From the NCBI GenBank assembly GCA_033723415.1, contig JAWVXD010000002.1:192001-256000 (forward strand): DNA of 64,000 nt, in the 5' to 3' direction. The notes beneath the pieces were generated by a model. That model was not told the origin of the DNA and searched no databases. It saw only the letters and a list, made by a program, of their open reading frames with translations. Origin of the DNA: Sulfurospirillaceae bacterium. GTDB taxonomy: Bacteria > Campylobacterota > Campylobacteria > Campylobacterales > Sulfurospirillaceae. The position numbers and the translations under genes were made by a program. Positions 47,373 to 59,621 of this stretch are shown one piece after another (the first letter of the stretch is position 1; each line of letters starts with the position of its first letter).

Positions 47373-47951
47373 CTACTTTTTGGACAATATCTCTATCACA
47401 GCCTTTGGCAGCAGTTCATATTCTAGTTCATGTATCGTGTTTTCAAATGTCTCAAAACTCATATCGCTATCTTTCTGAAAGCACTTTTGAGCAATAATTT
47501 CACCTCCGTCCAACTCTTCACTTACATAATGAACACTAATACCGCCAACTTTCATACCAGAATTGTAACTCTCTTCGATCGCACGAGCTCCTTTAAAAAG
47601 AGGCAATAAAGAAGGATGCAAATTTATCGCTTTTATATTCTGTGTAAATTGAGGTGTTAGAAATCTCATAAATCCTGCAAGTATGGTCAATTCCGCGCCG
47701 CTATTTTTTATTGCTTTTACAAGTTCTTTATCAAATGATTCTCTACTATCAAATTTACTGTTTTCTATGATAATAGGTTCTATGCCGTATTTTCTAGATC
47801 TTTCGATGCCTTTTGCCTCAGATTTATTGCAAAGCGTTAAAGCAACCTCAATCTTAAAGCCATCAAATTGTTTATTATGTAATTTATATAGTAAATTTTC
47901 TAAATTGCTGCCATTTCCACTAAATAATATTGCTACTTTTTTTATAAGCAT
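47373..47951 (-). CDS. purN: Phosphoribosylglycinamide formyltransferase
   Basis: LFSGNGSNL, LAGFMR, INLHPSLLP.FKG, LDGG.II. Confidence 0.96.
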   Translation of the reverse strand: MLIKKVAILFSGNGSNLENLLYKLHNKQFDGFKIEVALTLCNKSEAKGIERSRKYGIEPIIIENSKFDSRESFDKELVKAIKNSGAELTILAGFMRFLTPQFTQNIKAINLHPSLLPLFKGARAIEESYNSGMKVGGISVHYVSEELDGGEIIAQKCFQKDSDMSFETFENTIHELEYELLPKAVIEILSKK

Positions 47952-49327
47952 TTAACTCCCTCAGATATGTCTAGTGGATTTAGTGAATAATCGTTTTGTT
48001 TTATATTTCTAGCTGATATGGAGTGAGCTAACACTGCTGTAATTGAGGCATCTAATGTGTTATATCCTTGTGCGAGTAAAGATCCTATCAAACCTGACAA
48101 TACATCACCACTACCACCTTTTGAAAGTGCATTTGTACCTAATGTATTGACATAAGTATTCCCTTGATAAGCTATGATTGAGTTAGCACCTTTTAGAACT
48201 AAAGCTATATTTGGAAAACGTTCCATAAATTCTCTTACCCACTTAAATCTATTTTTTTGAATATTATCGACTTCAACATCGGCTATCTCACAAATATTCA
48301 ATAGTGAAGCAAACTCTTTTGGATGTGGAGTTAGTATTACGTTATTTTTTTTGTTTAGTAAATCTTTTATAAAAGGTTTGTAAAATAAATCAGCATCAAT
48401 AACCATGGGCATATCACTTGAATATAATAATTCCTCTATATTTTCATATTCGCCAAGTCCCATTCCTACTACAAGTGACGTTGTATTTTTTGGCAAACTT
48501 GATGATGTCATGATATAAGGAGGTATATTGTTTTTATTGTTAGTAATAACGCTAACTAACCCTGAGCCAAAGTTAAATGCTGAAATAGCTGCCAAAATCG
48601 CGGCTCCTTCTTTATCCCCCATGACTATGCTAGTATGTCCAAAACTACCCTTATTACTATTTTGTATATCTCTAAAAGGCAATTGAAGATCATCTTCTTC
48701 TAATAGAAATATATTTGAACTACTTTCATATATTTCTCGGGAAACTCCAAGATTTGCAACTTTTATTTCACCTATATAATCTTTTGCAAAATCTTCAAAA
48801 AAAATCAGTTTTAATGCACCCATACTAACAGAAATATTTGCTTTGAATATCTCTTTACTTAATATTTCTTCACCTAGACCACTTGGCATATCACAAGATA
48901 TTTTTTTGCCATTTCTTTCATTTATTAGTTTTATTATATTACAAATGTCACTGTCTAGCTCTTTGGTCAAACCTGAACCAAACAAAGCGTCAACATATAT
49001 ATCTGATTCAATAATATCTTCTGTTATAATTCCACCTACAGCAAGATATCTTTTGTGCTGAAGTCTGGCCATTTTTGATTTCATACTATATGGCATATAT
49101 ACATAAACATTATAATCTTTATGCAGCATCCTAGCCGCAGCTAGTCCATCACCGCCGTTATTCCCGGGACCGCACAAAAACAGTATAGTCTGTCCTTTGA
49201 TTGAATTTTCTTTTATCACACTACACAACTCAGATGCTGCGTGTTCCATCAGGATATCTTCACTAAGCAAAAACTGCTCATAGCACTGTTTATCTAAACT
49301 GACTACTTCATCAAATATTTTTTTCAT
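47942..49327 (-). CDS. nnr: Bifunctional NAD(P)H-hydrate epimerase/dehydratase
   Basis: CGPGNNGGDG, DALFGSG, NKGSFG, TPHPKEF, KGGSGDVLSG. Confidence 0.93.
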   Translation of the reverse strand: MKKIFDEVVSLDKQCYEQFLLSEDILMEHAASELCSVIKENSIKGQTILFLCGPGNNGGDGLAAARMLHKDYNVYVYMPYSMKSKMARLQHKRYLAVGGIITEDIIESDIYVDALFGSGLTKELDSDICNIIKLINERNGKKISCDMPSGLGEEILSKEIFKANISVSMGALKLIFFEDFAKDYIGEIKVANLGVSREIYESSSNIFLLEEDDLQLPFRDIQNSNKGSFGHTSIVMGDKEGAAILAAISAFNFGSGLVSVITNNKNNIPPYIMTSSSLPKNTTSLVVGMGLGEYENIEELLYSSDMPMVIDADLFYKPFIKDLLNKKNNVILTPHPKEFASLLNICEIADVEVDNIQKNRFKWVREFMERFPNIALVLKGANSIIAYQGNTYVNTLGTNALSKGGSGDVLSGLIGSLLAQGYNTLDASITAVLAHSISARNIKQNDYSLNPLDISEGVKCL

Positions 49328-49331
49328 TTCT

Positions 49332-50891
49332 CTACCTCTTTCTGTAGCTCAAAGCTTCGAAAATATGGTTTTTTTGAATTATATTATGTTCATCTATATC
49401 AGCAATCGTTCTACTGATCTTCAATATCTTGCCTACGGTCCTTTGATTTAACCCATATTTGGATATAGCAGATTCAAGAATTTGTCTTGCTTCATCCGAT
49501 AAGATACAATATTTCTCTATGTCTTGTTCACTAAGATTTGCATTGAGCTCGTGTTGTCCTCTTTTTTTCTGAAAAGTAAAAGCCCTAAGCACACTTTCAA
49601 ACATCTCTTTTGAACTTTGTGTCTCTTCTTTGGAAAAATCTTCATCAACTAAGATGTATAAGTCTATCCTGTCTAAAATTGGATCAGAAATCCTTGTTTT
49701 ATACCTAGAGACTTCCAGATCAGAACATCTACATTCTCTGATCTTACTCAAAAGATTTCCACAAGGACAAGGATTTTGTGCAGCCGCAAATAAAAATTTT
49801 GTGTCATATTCTATTTTATTGTTTACTCTAGATATCAATACTTTATGGTTTTCTAAAGGTTCTCTCAAACTCTCTAAAATTTGTTTTGAGAAGTGTGGCA
49901 ATTCATCAAAAAATAAAATACCATTATGCGCCAGGGCTGCTTCTCCTGCCATAGCTATTGAACTTCCACCTCCAAAAATACTAGGCTTGGAAGAGCTGTG
50001 ATGTGGAGCCCTATAAGCTCTTTTTGCTGAAAGAGTATCCTCTTCTTGATTTAAAGATCTATATGCATGTGTTTCCAATATCTCTTCAATCGTCAATGGA
50101 GGAAGTATATGTCTAAGTCTTTTTATACTCATACTCTTTCCACATCCAGGACTGCCTTCTAGTAGTATGTTATGCATTCCTGAAGCACTTACAACAAGAG
50201 CTCTTTTTAAATATTTTTGTCCTTTAACATCTTTAAAATCCAAAGGGAAATCAGTATCATAAAAATAATTTTTTGAATCGACTTCAATCTTATTGTCAAA
50301 AAAATCTTTCGTTTCTGATGATTCATATGGAAGTTCGTATTTCTTTTCTTTAAAAAACATTATTGCATCATATAAAGATTCAACCCCATATATTTTTACC
50401 CCTTTTATTTGAGAAGCTTTTTCAACCATCTCTTGTGGTAACAGAACCTTTAAGTTTTGGTATTGCCTTGCAAGCGACAAAAGAAGCGGAAATATTATTG
50501 AAGTCGCTTTTACTTTGCCATCTAAGCCCAATTCTCCAAATATAAAAAAATCTTTGCAAGAGGTATCACTATTTTGAAAAGCTATAAGAAGAGCAATAAC
50601 CAGATCAAAGTGACTTCCTTCTTTTTTGATATCTGAAGGAGATAGGTTTACTGTGATTTTTTGTGCAGGGAATTTAAAATCTATACTCAGAAGAGAGGAT
50701 TTTATCCTATCTTTTGATTCCTGTATACTTTGATTGGCCATGCCTCCTATGGAAAAACCTGGCAAGGCTCTTATGAATGTTGATTCTACAAATATTTTTT
50801 TGGAGATGTTAAAGTCAAGTGTGGCACAAAAGGCTTTTTTTACTTTTTTGTTTGACACTTTTAGTTTTCCACTTTTAGTTTCTTTTTCCAC
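49332..50891 (-). CDS. comM: YifB/ComM Mg-chelatase-like AAA+ ATPase (start uncertain; GTG at 50858 is plausible)
   Basis: ITVNLSP.D.KKEGSHFDL, GSPGCGKS, RAPHH, AHNGILFFDELP, AAQNPCPCG. Confidence 0.88.
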   Translation of the reverse strand: MEKETKSGKLKVSNKKVKKAFCATLDFNISKKIFVESTFIRALPGFSIGGMANQSIQESKDRIKSSLLSIDFKFPAQKITVNLSPSDIKKEGSHFDLVIALLIAFQNSDTSCKDFFIFGELGLDGKVKATSIIFPLLLSLARQYQNLKVLLPQEMVEKASQIKGVKIYGVESLYDAIMFFKEKKYELPYESSETKDFFDNKIEVDSKNYFYDTDFPLDFKDVKGQKYLKRALVVSASGMHNILLEGSPGCGKSMSIKRLRHILPPLTIEEILETHAYRSLNQEEDTLSAKRAYRAPHHSSSKPSIFGGGSSIAMAGEAALAHNGILFFDELPHFSKQILESLREPLENHKVLISRVNNKIEYDTKFLFAAAQNPCPCGNLLSKIRECRCSDLEVSRYKTRISDPILDRIDLYILVDEDFSKEETQSSKEMFESVLRAFTFQKKRGQHELNANLSEQDIEKYCILSDEARQILESAISKYGLNQRTVGKILKISRTIADIDEHNIIQKNHIFEALSYRKR

Positions 50892-51376
50892 TCTTTTTCG
50901 AATTTTTTGCGTTTTAGATAAGAGAGCTTTTCTATAAATAGATGTCCCATAAGATGATCCATCTCATGTTGCATAGCTATTGCTAAAAGTCCATCAAGAT
51001 TTTCAACAACTGTTTCACCGAGCCTATTTAAATACTCAACTGTTACTCTCTCAGCTCTTTTAACGTCTTCATAATAGCCCGGGACACTGAGACATCCTTC
51101 TTGATATGTCTCTTCACCTTCTTTATGTGTAATCTTAGGATTTATAACTTCAAGCAAATTTTCTTTTCTTTGTTCACCGTCTTCATCTACTAGATTTATT
51201 ATAAGAATATTTTTGGGGATACCAATTTGAATTGCCGCAAGACCTATACCGTCCTTTGCCTTCATAGTCTCATACATATCATCCAAAAGATTATGAAGTG
51301 TATCATCAAATTCAGTGACATCTGTCGATACTTGTCTTAGCTTTTTATTAGGATAAACTAATATCTCATGAATCAT
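50861..51376 (-). CDS. def: Peptide deformylase
   Basis: GIGLAAIQ, EGCLS, QHEMDHL. Confidence 0.97.
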   Translation of the reverse strand: MIHEILVYPNKKLRQVSTDVTEFDDTLHNLLDDMYETMKAKDGIGLAAIQIGIPKNILIINLVDEDGEQRKENLLEVINPKITHKEGEETYQEGCLSVPGYYEDVKRAERVTVEYLNRLGETVVENLDGLLAIAMQHEMDHLMGHLFIEKLSYLKRKKFEKEWKKKLKVEN

Positions 51377-52373
51377 TATTTGCCTTATTTGAGTATTCTC
51401 CCACCAGATATGGCTCTAAATTTTTGCCTGTTCTTGGCATAATCTCAAGTGCAGCTACTATAGATTCTTCAATCGTATATGCCGGGTCAATCGGCATAAT
51501 TGCAAGTTCAATATCTACGACAAGCTCTCTTGAGTCAATAAAAAAGCTAGAAGAATATATCAATTCACTGATTCTACTACAAGCCTTTTGAGCATTGGAT
51601 ATATCTGTATGTCGCATTATTATAGCGAAGATGTTATCCCCGTAATATGCAATTATATCACTTCTTCTAGATGTCTTTAGAATCAATCTTGCTATACTTT
51701 TTTGAAAGAGCTCTTTCTCTTTCAAATTTATAATTTTATTCAGAACATTATCTTTTACTTTTATCAAAACTATAGAGCTTTTATGGTTATATTGTTGAAT
51801 AGCATCTGATTCTTTTTTAAGTGATTCGAAAAAATAGTTCCTATTAAACACATCATATTTAGGATCAAAAATAGCTTTATTTTCAACCTCTTTTACTATT
51901 TCTACAGTTTTATCATAATGCTTTTTTAAAGAATCCATCTGTTTTTCAGTCAAGTCCGACAGCTTACCTAAGTCAGTATTTAATGCAGATATAATATTTT
52001 GAAGCATAAATTGATTTGTATTTATATCTAACTCTGACAATCTCTTTTTGATAATTTTATCCATCACATTTAAATTCTTATACACTACAGAAACAATTTT
52101 TGCTATACTTTTTACTTCAGCAAATCCTTCTTTAATTTTGCTTTCCATATTTATTCTGTATTCATCAATCATAACATCGTCTGTTTCTATATACTCAATA
52201 GCCTTCTTTTTAAATGCTGCCGGTTTATTTTCAAGCAATTTTTCAAAATAAATTTTAAAATTTGCAGGTGTAGGAAGAAGATTTTCATCACTTATTGTTT
52301 TTAGAACAAATAAAGAAAACTTTTCCAATTCACTATTAGGATTTTGTACTTTTGATGTTTCAGCATTCAACAT
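51366..52373 (-). CDS. Degenerate GGDEF-domain protein
   Basis: PTPANF.IYF N-terminus, coiled coil, FDPKYDVFNR, RRSDIIAYYGDNIF in place of RxxD....RxGGDEF. Confidence 0.8.
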   Translation of the reverse strand: MLNAETSKVQNPNSELEKFSLFVLKTISDENLLPTPANFKIYFEKLLENKPAAFKKKAIEYIETDDVMIDEYRINMESKIKEGFAEVKSIAKIVSVVYKNLNVMDKIIKKRLSELDINTNQFMLQNIISALNTDLGKLSDLTEKQMDSLKKHYDKTVEIVKEVENKAIFDPKYDVFNRNYFFESLKKESDAIQQYNHKSSIVLIKVKDNVLNKIINLKEKELFQKSIARLILKTSRRSDIIAYYGDNIFAIIMRHTDISNAQKACSRISELIYSSSFFIDSRELVVDIELAIMPIDPAYTIEESIVAALEIMPRTGKNLEPYLVGEYSNKANNDS

Positions 52374-52453
52374 AAATTTACCTTCTTGCTTCTTTTTTGA
52401 TTAAATCAATCTTTTTTGAAAAGATATCAAATATACCCAAATTTTATCTATGT

Positions 52454-53041
52454 TTATTTAAAACTTTTTTCCAAAACTTTGTCTATTAATCCATATTCCA
52501 TAGATTCTTTAGCACTCATAAAGAAATCACGCTCAGTATCTTTTATGATTTTTTGTACTTTTTGACCACAATTTTTAGCCAAAATTTCATTTAACGTATG
52601 CTTTAATCTTAAAATTTCTTTTGCTTGGATTTCTATATCTGTTGCCTGTCCTTGTGCTCCACCAAGAGGTTGATGGATCATGATCCTAGAGTTTGGAAGG
52701 GCATATCTTTTGCCCTTTGTTCCACAACTGAGTAAAAATGCTCCCATAGATGCAGCTTGCCCTATACAAATAGTGCTTATGTCAGGTCTGATGTAATTCA
52801 TAGTGTCATATATGCTAAATCCACTTGTTATCACGCCACCTGGAGAGTTGATATATAGATAGATATCCTTTTCAGGGTCTTCTGCTTCTAGAAATAAAAG
52901 TTGGGCTACGATAGAAGAAGCCACAGCATCATTTATTTCTCCGCTTAGCATGATGATTCTGTCTTTTAAAAGTCTAGAATATATATCGTAACTTCGCTCT
53001 CCCCTGCCGGTTTTTTCTACTACTATAGGAACATAGCTCAT
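52454..53041 (-). CDS. clpP: ATP-dependent Clp protease proteolytic subunit
   Basis: [30 protein letters not shown]. Confidence 0.98.
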   Translation of the reverse strand: MSYVPIVVEKTGRGERSYDIYSRLLKDRIIMLSGEINDAVASSIVAQLLFLEAEDPEKDIYLYINSPGGVITSGFSIYDTMNYIRPDISTICIGQAASMGAFLLSCGTKGKRYALPNSRIMIHQPLGGAQGQATDIEIQAKEILRLKHTLNEILAKNCGQKVQKIIKDTERDFFMSAKESMEYGLIDKVLEKSFK

Positions 53042-54363
53042 TATTTTGCCTCTGTTTGCGGTGTTGTTTTTTTATTTTTAGTGAAAATTTGAGTAAAAAG
53101 TCTATCTTCGACTATTGCCATCTTTACAGCAGGAAGTAATCCTTGCTTTTGATAATATTCAAAATATTGTTTTGGATCTTGCCCTTGTTGCATTGCTTCA
53201 AAATATATCATCTGTGTTACTTCTTGGTCACTAACACTGATCTCTTCTATTTTTGCTAGCTCGTCAACTATAAATGTAAGTTTTACGCTGTTTCTTGCTT
53301 CATCAGCATATTCACTTCTCTTTTCTTCTATTTTAGCTGGATTTTCCGAGTATTCTTTGATCTCTTCTTCACTCATACTTCCGAAAATATTTCTCACTTG
53401 AAGATCAATCTCCTGATCTACGATGTTCTCAGGTATATCGAATTGTGTTTTTTCCAAAATAGCATCAATGAATTTAGGTCTCACTTCTTCAGAAAATAAT
53501 TTGTGGAGTTTTTCATTTTTTAATTGTTCTTTTACTTGAGCTTCTAAAGCTTCTTTTGTTGGATTTTCCTCACCGGGCATTAATTTTTTAAGATCATCGG
53601 CATCCGGAGTTTCTTTAACATCTTTTGCCTGTATTTCATGTAGTTTTACTTTAAACACAGAAAGTTTTCCTGCTAGATCTTTGTTATTGTATTCTTTTGG
53701 GAATGTTACCTCAACGTCTTTTTCTTCGCCTGCTTTTAATCCAATCAATCCTTCTTCAAATCCAGGGATAAAAGATCCGCTACCGATTTCAAGTAAATAT
53801 TTTTCAGCTTTACCACCTTCAAATGGCACACCGTCAACAAATCCTTCAAAATCAATCTGCGCAAAATCTCCATTTGCCAGAGCTCTGTCTTCTTCTACTT
53901 TTTTCATACCTGCAGTAGCGCCCATCATCTCTTGAATTCTTTGATCGATCTCTTTTTGAGTTACTCTTGGAGTTTTATAATCAGGTATAGCATCTTGATA
54001 GTTGTCTAATTCAACAACAGGTCTAAAAGAAACTTTTACTTCGACTTCTATCCCATCATCTGTTTTTTCAAATTTTGAAATTATCGGTTCGCCCACAACC
54101 ATATCGGCTTTTACGTCAAGCTCGATCAAAGCATTGTCAAATAATTCTTTTAAAGCTTCTTGTTCTGCATCTTGTCTGATTTGCTCACCATGTCTTGCTT
54201 TTACTACATGAGTCGGAACTTTACCTTGTCTAAAACCGTCAACTTTCATGTTTTTAGCAGCTTTTGCTGCGATTTTGTCTTCTTTTGAATTTAATAATAC
54301 ATTTGGTATTTTCGCATCTATTTGTGCGTTTGCACTATTAATTCTCTTAGCATTAATTTGCAT
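53041..54363 (-). CDS. tig: Trigger factor
   Basis: [31 protein letters not shown]. Confidence 0.97.
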   Translation of the reverse strand: MQINAKRINSANAQIDAKIPNVLLNSKEDKIAAKAAKNMKVDGFRQGKVPTHVVKARHGEQIRQDAEQEALKELFDNALIELDVKADMVVGEPIISKFEKTDDGIEVEVKVSFRPVVELDNYQDAIPDYKTPRVTQKEIDQRIQEMMGATAGMKKVEEDRALANGDFAQIDFEGFVDGVPFEGGKAEKYLLEIGSGSFIPGFEEGLIGLKAGEEKDVEVTFPKEYNNKDLAGKLSVFKVKLHEIQAKDVKETPDADDLKKLMPGEENPTKEALEAQVKEQLKNEKLHKLFSEEVRPKFIDAILEKTQFDIPENIVDQEIDLQVRNIFGSMSEEEIKEYSENPAKIEEKRSEYADEARNSVKLTFIVDELAKIEEISVSDQEVTQMIYFEAMQQGQDPKQYFEYYQKQGLLPAVKMAIVEDRLFTQIFTKNKKTTPQTEAK

Positions 54364-54507
54364 ATATTCCCTTTTAAAATAAAAATTTTCTATTAATATA
54401 TCAAATTTTTACTTTATATATTATATAAGAATATAGCAATTTGGATTTTTTAACTCTCGAAAAGCAAAAAAAAGATACAATAATACAAAATATATTAGGA
54501 TTTTTTT

Positions 54508-55083
54508 ATGAACAAAAATGAAGAATTTGAAAGTTTAATAAGAAGAATGTTAGAACTTATAGGAGAAGATACAAGGAGAGAAGGTCTTCTAAAAACACCT
54601 CAAAGAGTTCATAAGGCTTTTGAATTTATGACACAAGGATACAATCTGGATCCAAAAAAGGTTTTGAATGATGCTCTTTTTAAGAGTGACAACAGCCAGA
54701 TGGTTTTAATAAAAGACATAGAGTTCTATTCATTATGCGAGCATCATCTTTTGCCGATCATTGGTCGAGCTCATGTTGCATACATACCAAACGGGAAAGT
54801 CGTAGGTTTATCAAAAATACCAAGAATGGTAGATATATTTGCACGAAGATTACAAATACAAGAACAATTAACAGAGCAGATAGCAGAAGCTATAAATGAG
54901 GTAATTGCACCAAAGGGTGTTGGCGTAGTAATACAGGCACGACACATGTGTATGGAAATGAGAGGAGTTGAAAAGACACACTCAAACACAACAACGTCTT
55001 CTCTCAAAGGTATCTTTTTAAAATCAAATACTCGAAAAGAGTTTTTTGATATCATCAATGCACCACAAGCAACAAGATTCTAA
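54508..55083 (+). CDS. folE: GTP cyclohydrolase I
   Basis: [29 protein letters not shown]. Confidence 0.97.
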   Translation: MNKNEEFESLIRRMLELIGEDTRREGLLKTPQRVHKAFEFMTQGYNLDPKKVLNDALFKSDNSQMVLIKDIEFYSLCEHHLLPIIGRAHVAYIPNGKVVGLSKIPRMVDIFARRLQIQEQLTEQIAEAINEVIAPKGVGVVIQARHMCMEMRGVEKTHSNTTTSSLKGIFLKSNTRKEFFDIINAPQATRF

Positions 55084-56381
55084 TGCCGCTAAAAAATTTA
55101 AAACGTCGGCTTGAAAATGAACGGCTATCTCCATTATTTGGCACTATAAAAAAAATTAGTGCTTCAACTATCGAAGTTATTGGATTAAATCCAAGCATCG
55201 GTGATATAGTTAAAATAGTTTCTAAAGAAAAGAGTGAACTTGGTATGGTTACCGAGATAAATCAGGATTCCTTTTTTGTGTCTCCTTTTGGATTTGTCGA
55301 AGGATTTAAAGTTGGTGATAAAATTTTTATCAGCGAACAAGGCATGATGATTTCAGTAGGAGAAGGCCTCCTTGGACGAGTCGTCAATCCTTTTATGAAA
55401 CCAAAAGACGGAAAAGGCGAGATACAAGATTGTATCAGCACTCAGATTATAAAACCGCCTCTTGATGCTATGAAAAGAGGGTTGATAGATGAACCGTTTA
55501 TTGTTGGTGTTAAAACTATAGATGGATTATTGACCTGTGGTAAAGGTCAAAAACTTGGTATATTTGCCGGAAGCGGTGTCGGAAAATCTACACTTATGGG
55601 GATGATCGTCAAAGGCTCTGTTGCAACCATAAAGATAGTGGCTTTAATAGGAGAACGTGGCAGAGAAGTTCCAGAATTCATACAAAAAAATCTAGGAGGA
55701 GATCTAAGCAATACTGTCATCATAGTCGCAACTAGTGATGATTCTCCTTTGATGAGAAAATATGGGGCTTTTTGTGCAATGAGCGTTGCAGAATACTTTA
55801 AGAACAAAGGTCATGACGTATTGTTCATCATGGATTCTATAACCAGATTTGCTATGGCGCAAAGAGAGATAGGCTTAGCTTTGGGGGAACCTCCTACTTC
55901 TAAAGGGTATCCTCCATCAGTATTAACATTGCTACCTCAACTTATGGAGAGGGCCGGAAAAGAAGAAGGTAAAGGCTCTATTACGGCATTTTTTACAGTA
56001 TTGGTTGAAGGTGATGATCTAAGCGATCCTATAGCAGATCAATCTAGAAGTATATTGGACGGGCACATAGTATTAAGCCGCGAGCTTACTGATTATGGTA
56101 TATTCCCACCTATTAACATACAAGCTAGTGCTTCAAGGGTTATGGGAGATATCATAGATGATCAACACAAGACATTTGCTATGCAATTCAAAAAATTGAG
56201 TTCTATTTTGAAAGAGAATGAAGTTTTAGTAAGAATTGGTGCCTATGAAAAAGGAAATGATAAAGATTTGGATCTAGCCATACTCAAAAAAGATATGATG
56301 AATGAATTTTTACGCCAAAAACCAAATGAAATCATAAATTTCGATGACACATTAAAAATGTTAGGAGAAATTTTATCTTGA
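55083..56381 (+). CDS. fliI: Flagellar export ATPase
   Basis: GIFAGSGVGKSTL, GERGREV, DSITRFAMAQREIGL, GEPP..KGYPPS. Confidence 0.95.
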   Translation: MPLKNLKRRLENERLSPLFGTIKKISASTIEVIGLNPSIGDIVKIVSKEKSELGMVTEINQDSFFVSPFGFVEGFKVGDKIFISEQGMMISVGEGLLGRVVNPFMKPKDGKGEIQDCISTQIIKPPLDAMKRGLIDEPFIVGVKTIDGLLTCGKGQKLGIFAGSGVGKSTLMGMIVKGSVATIKIVALIGERGREVPEFIQKNLGGDLSNTVIIVATSDDSPLMRKYGAFCAMSVAEYFKNKGHDVLFIMDSITRFAMAQREIGLALGEPPTSKGYPPSVLTLLPQLMERAGKEEGKGSITAFFTVLVEGDDLSDPIADQSRSILDGHIVLSRELTDYGIFPPINIQASASRVMGDIIDDQHKTFAMQFKKLSSILKENEVLVRIGAYEKGNDKDLDLAILKKDMMNEFLRQKPNEIINFDDTLKMLGEILS

Positions 56382-56489
56382 GATAAAAATAATTAGAAAC
56401 TACTTTAATGTTTCTTTAATATTTAAAATATTAATATTCGCAAAGCAAAATTAGGATAAAATATGTCTTAATTAAAAAATGGAGATTGA

Positions 56490-57680
<1,191 letters not shown>

Positions 57681-57691
57681 AAGGATAGAAT

Positions 57692-58681
57692 ATGGGAAAA
57701 AATAGTTTAATAGGCGGCTCTATTTGGGAAGAATATAGCCAAAAAGTACAAGATCTTATGAATAATCCCAAAAATATGGGAGAAATAACCGAAGATCAAG
57801 CAAAAGAAATGAATGCAAAATTAATAATAGCTGATTTTGGAGCAGAAAGTTGCGGAGATGCGGTAAGATTATATTGGGCAGTTGATGAAGCTACGGATAA
57901 AATATTGGATGCAAAATTTAAAAGCTTCGGATGCGGAACAGCAATAGCAAGCTCAGATACAATGGCCGAGCTCTGTATTGGCAAGACTGTTGATCAAGCC
58001 GTTAAAATCACAAATATTGATGTTGAAAAAGCCATGAGAGACACTCCTGAAACTCCTGCTGTACCACCTCAGAAAATGCATTGTTCAGTTATGGCATATG
58101 ATGTAATAAAGGCGGCGGCAGCTTCATACAAAGGAGTAGATGCTGCAAGCTTTGAAGATCAGATCATCGTATGCGAATGTGCAAGAGTAAGTCTTGGGAC
58201 TATCAAAGAAGTTATCAAAATCAATGATCTAAAAACTGTACAAGAGATAACGGACTTTACAAAAGCAGGAGCATTTTGTAAATCATGCGTTAAACCAGGT
58301 GGTCATGAAGATCGAGAATATTATTTAGTAGATATCTTAAAAGAGACTAGAGATGAGATGGAACATGACAAACTACTAGAGCAGGCAAATGCAAAAACAT
58401 CAAATAGCGGCAATATTGCATTTGAAGATATGACAGTTGTGCAAAAATTAAAAGACGTAGAAGCAGTTATAGATGAAAACATTCGAGAAATGCTTATTAT
58501 GGACGGCGGAAATCTTGAAATTGTAGATATTAGAGAAAGCGATGATGGATTTACGGATGTTTATATAAGATATCTTGGTGCTTGCAGCGGATGTGCTAGC
58601 AGCTCAACAGGAACACTATACGCAATAGAAGAAATTTTAAAAGAGAAACTCAGCAATAAAATAAGAGTTTTGCCTATCTAA
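57692..58681 (+). CDS. nifU: Fe-S cluster scaffold NifU (IscU + BFD-like + Nfu domains)
   Basis: SCGD, FGCG, KMHCS, CEC..C..C, DGG..GACSGC. Confidence 0.94.
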   Translation: MGKNSLIGGSIWEEYSQKVQDLMNNPKNMGEITEDQAKEMNAKLIIADFGAESCGDAVRLYWAVDEATDKILDAKFKSFGCGTAIASSDTMAELCIGKTVDQAVKITNIDVEKAMRDTPETPAVPPQKMHCSVMAYDVIKAAAASYKGVDAASFEDQIIVCECARVSLGTIKEVIKINDLKTVQEITDFTKAGAFCKSCVKPGGHEDREYYLVDILKETRDEMEHDKLLEQANAKTSNSGNIAFEDMTVVQKLKDVEAVIDENIREMLIMDGGNLEIVDIRESDDGFTDVYIRYLGACSGCASSSTGTLYAIEEILKEKLSNKIRVLPI

Positions 58682-58700
58682 ACAAATAAAGGGGTCTGCT

Positions 58701-59309
58701 TCATGATATATGAAACAGACTCCTTAGACCATCTATAAACATTTGAACAGACATCATCAAAAGTAACATCCCCATTAATTTTTCTAATGCATTTAGCCCC
58801 TTATCTCTTAATACACGATATAAAATAGGAGAAAGGTACAAAATTAAGGAAGAAAAGAACCAAGCTAAGATTATCGAAGCAAATAATTCCCAATGCAGTT
58901 TTGGCGTATATGCTTTTGTCATAAGTAAAAGAGTAGCTAATGCAGAGGGTCCTGCTATCATTGGAATTGCTATAGGTACCACAAATGGTTCTTCATTTTC
59001 TCCGAACATAGTCTTACTTCCACCACTTCCAGGGAAAATCATCTTCAATGCAACAACAAAAAATATGACACCTCCGGCAATTGTAACTGCTGCTGTTTCC
59101 AAGTGAAAAATATTTAAAAAAGATTTTCCAAAGAAGAAGAAAAACAACAAGATCCCCAAACCAAAGAAACTTTCTCTTATAATTATAATTTTTTTTCTTT
59201 TCTCATCTACATGATTCAAAATGCTTAGAACTAAAGGAACATTACCGAATGGATCCAATATAAACATAAATAAAATAGCTGTAGAAAGTATAGAAAAATT
59301 TTCTACCAT
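58701..59309 (-). CDS. MarC-family membrane protein
   Basis: LDPFGNVP, IAGG, VPIAIPMIAGP, EKLMGMLL. Confidence 0.9.
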   Translation of the reverse strand: MVENFSILSTAILFMFILDPFGNVPLVLSILNHVDEKRKKIIIIRESFFGLGILLFFFFFGKSFLNIFHLETAAVTIAGGVIFFVVALKMIFPGSGGSKTMFGENEEPFVVPIAIPMIAGPSALATLLLMTKAYTPKLHWELFASIILAWFFSSLILYLSPILYRVLRDKGLNALEKLMGMLLLMMSVQMFIDGLRSLFHIS

Positions 59310-59319
59310 ATCAAAACCT

Positions 59320-59619
59320 TTATACACATAAATTTTTGTCAGTGAACCATTTTGTAACTTCTAGATTACTATAAGATACTTCTCTCTGCGATACAGGTAT
59401 TGACATCAATCTCATCTTCGAGATGACTATCCCCATGACTAAAGTAAGAAAAAGAAAAAATGCAACTCCGATAAAAAAACCGTACATATACCAGATAATA
59501 AATCCTGCAATAGTCGGGAAAAAAGATATAAACAAATAAATCACATACATTACAAACTTACATTTTCCCTTTTTGATTATAGGGATAGGCTCTATAATAT
59601 CAGGGATATACTCTTCCAT
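59320..59619 (-). CDS. Small hypothetical membrane protein (2 TM)
   Basis: 99 aa, operonic between yajQ and marC. Confidence 0.7.
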   Translation of the reverse strand: MEEYIPDIIEPIPIIKKGKCKFVMYVIYLFISFFPTIAGFIIWYMYGFFIGVAFFLFLTLVMGIVISKMRLMSIPVSQREVSYSNLEVTKWFTDKNLCV

Positions 59620-59621
59620 AT

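Noticed and set aside
50856..50881. 12-bp tandem duplication CACTTTTAGTTT at the def/comM junction
   Set aside because: Small local duplication that only blurs the comM start; no sign of function
52397..52409. FNR-like palindrome TTGAT-TAA-ATCAA
   Set aside because: Spacer is 3 nt rather than 4 and the context is AT-rich
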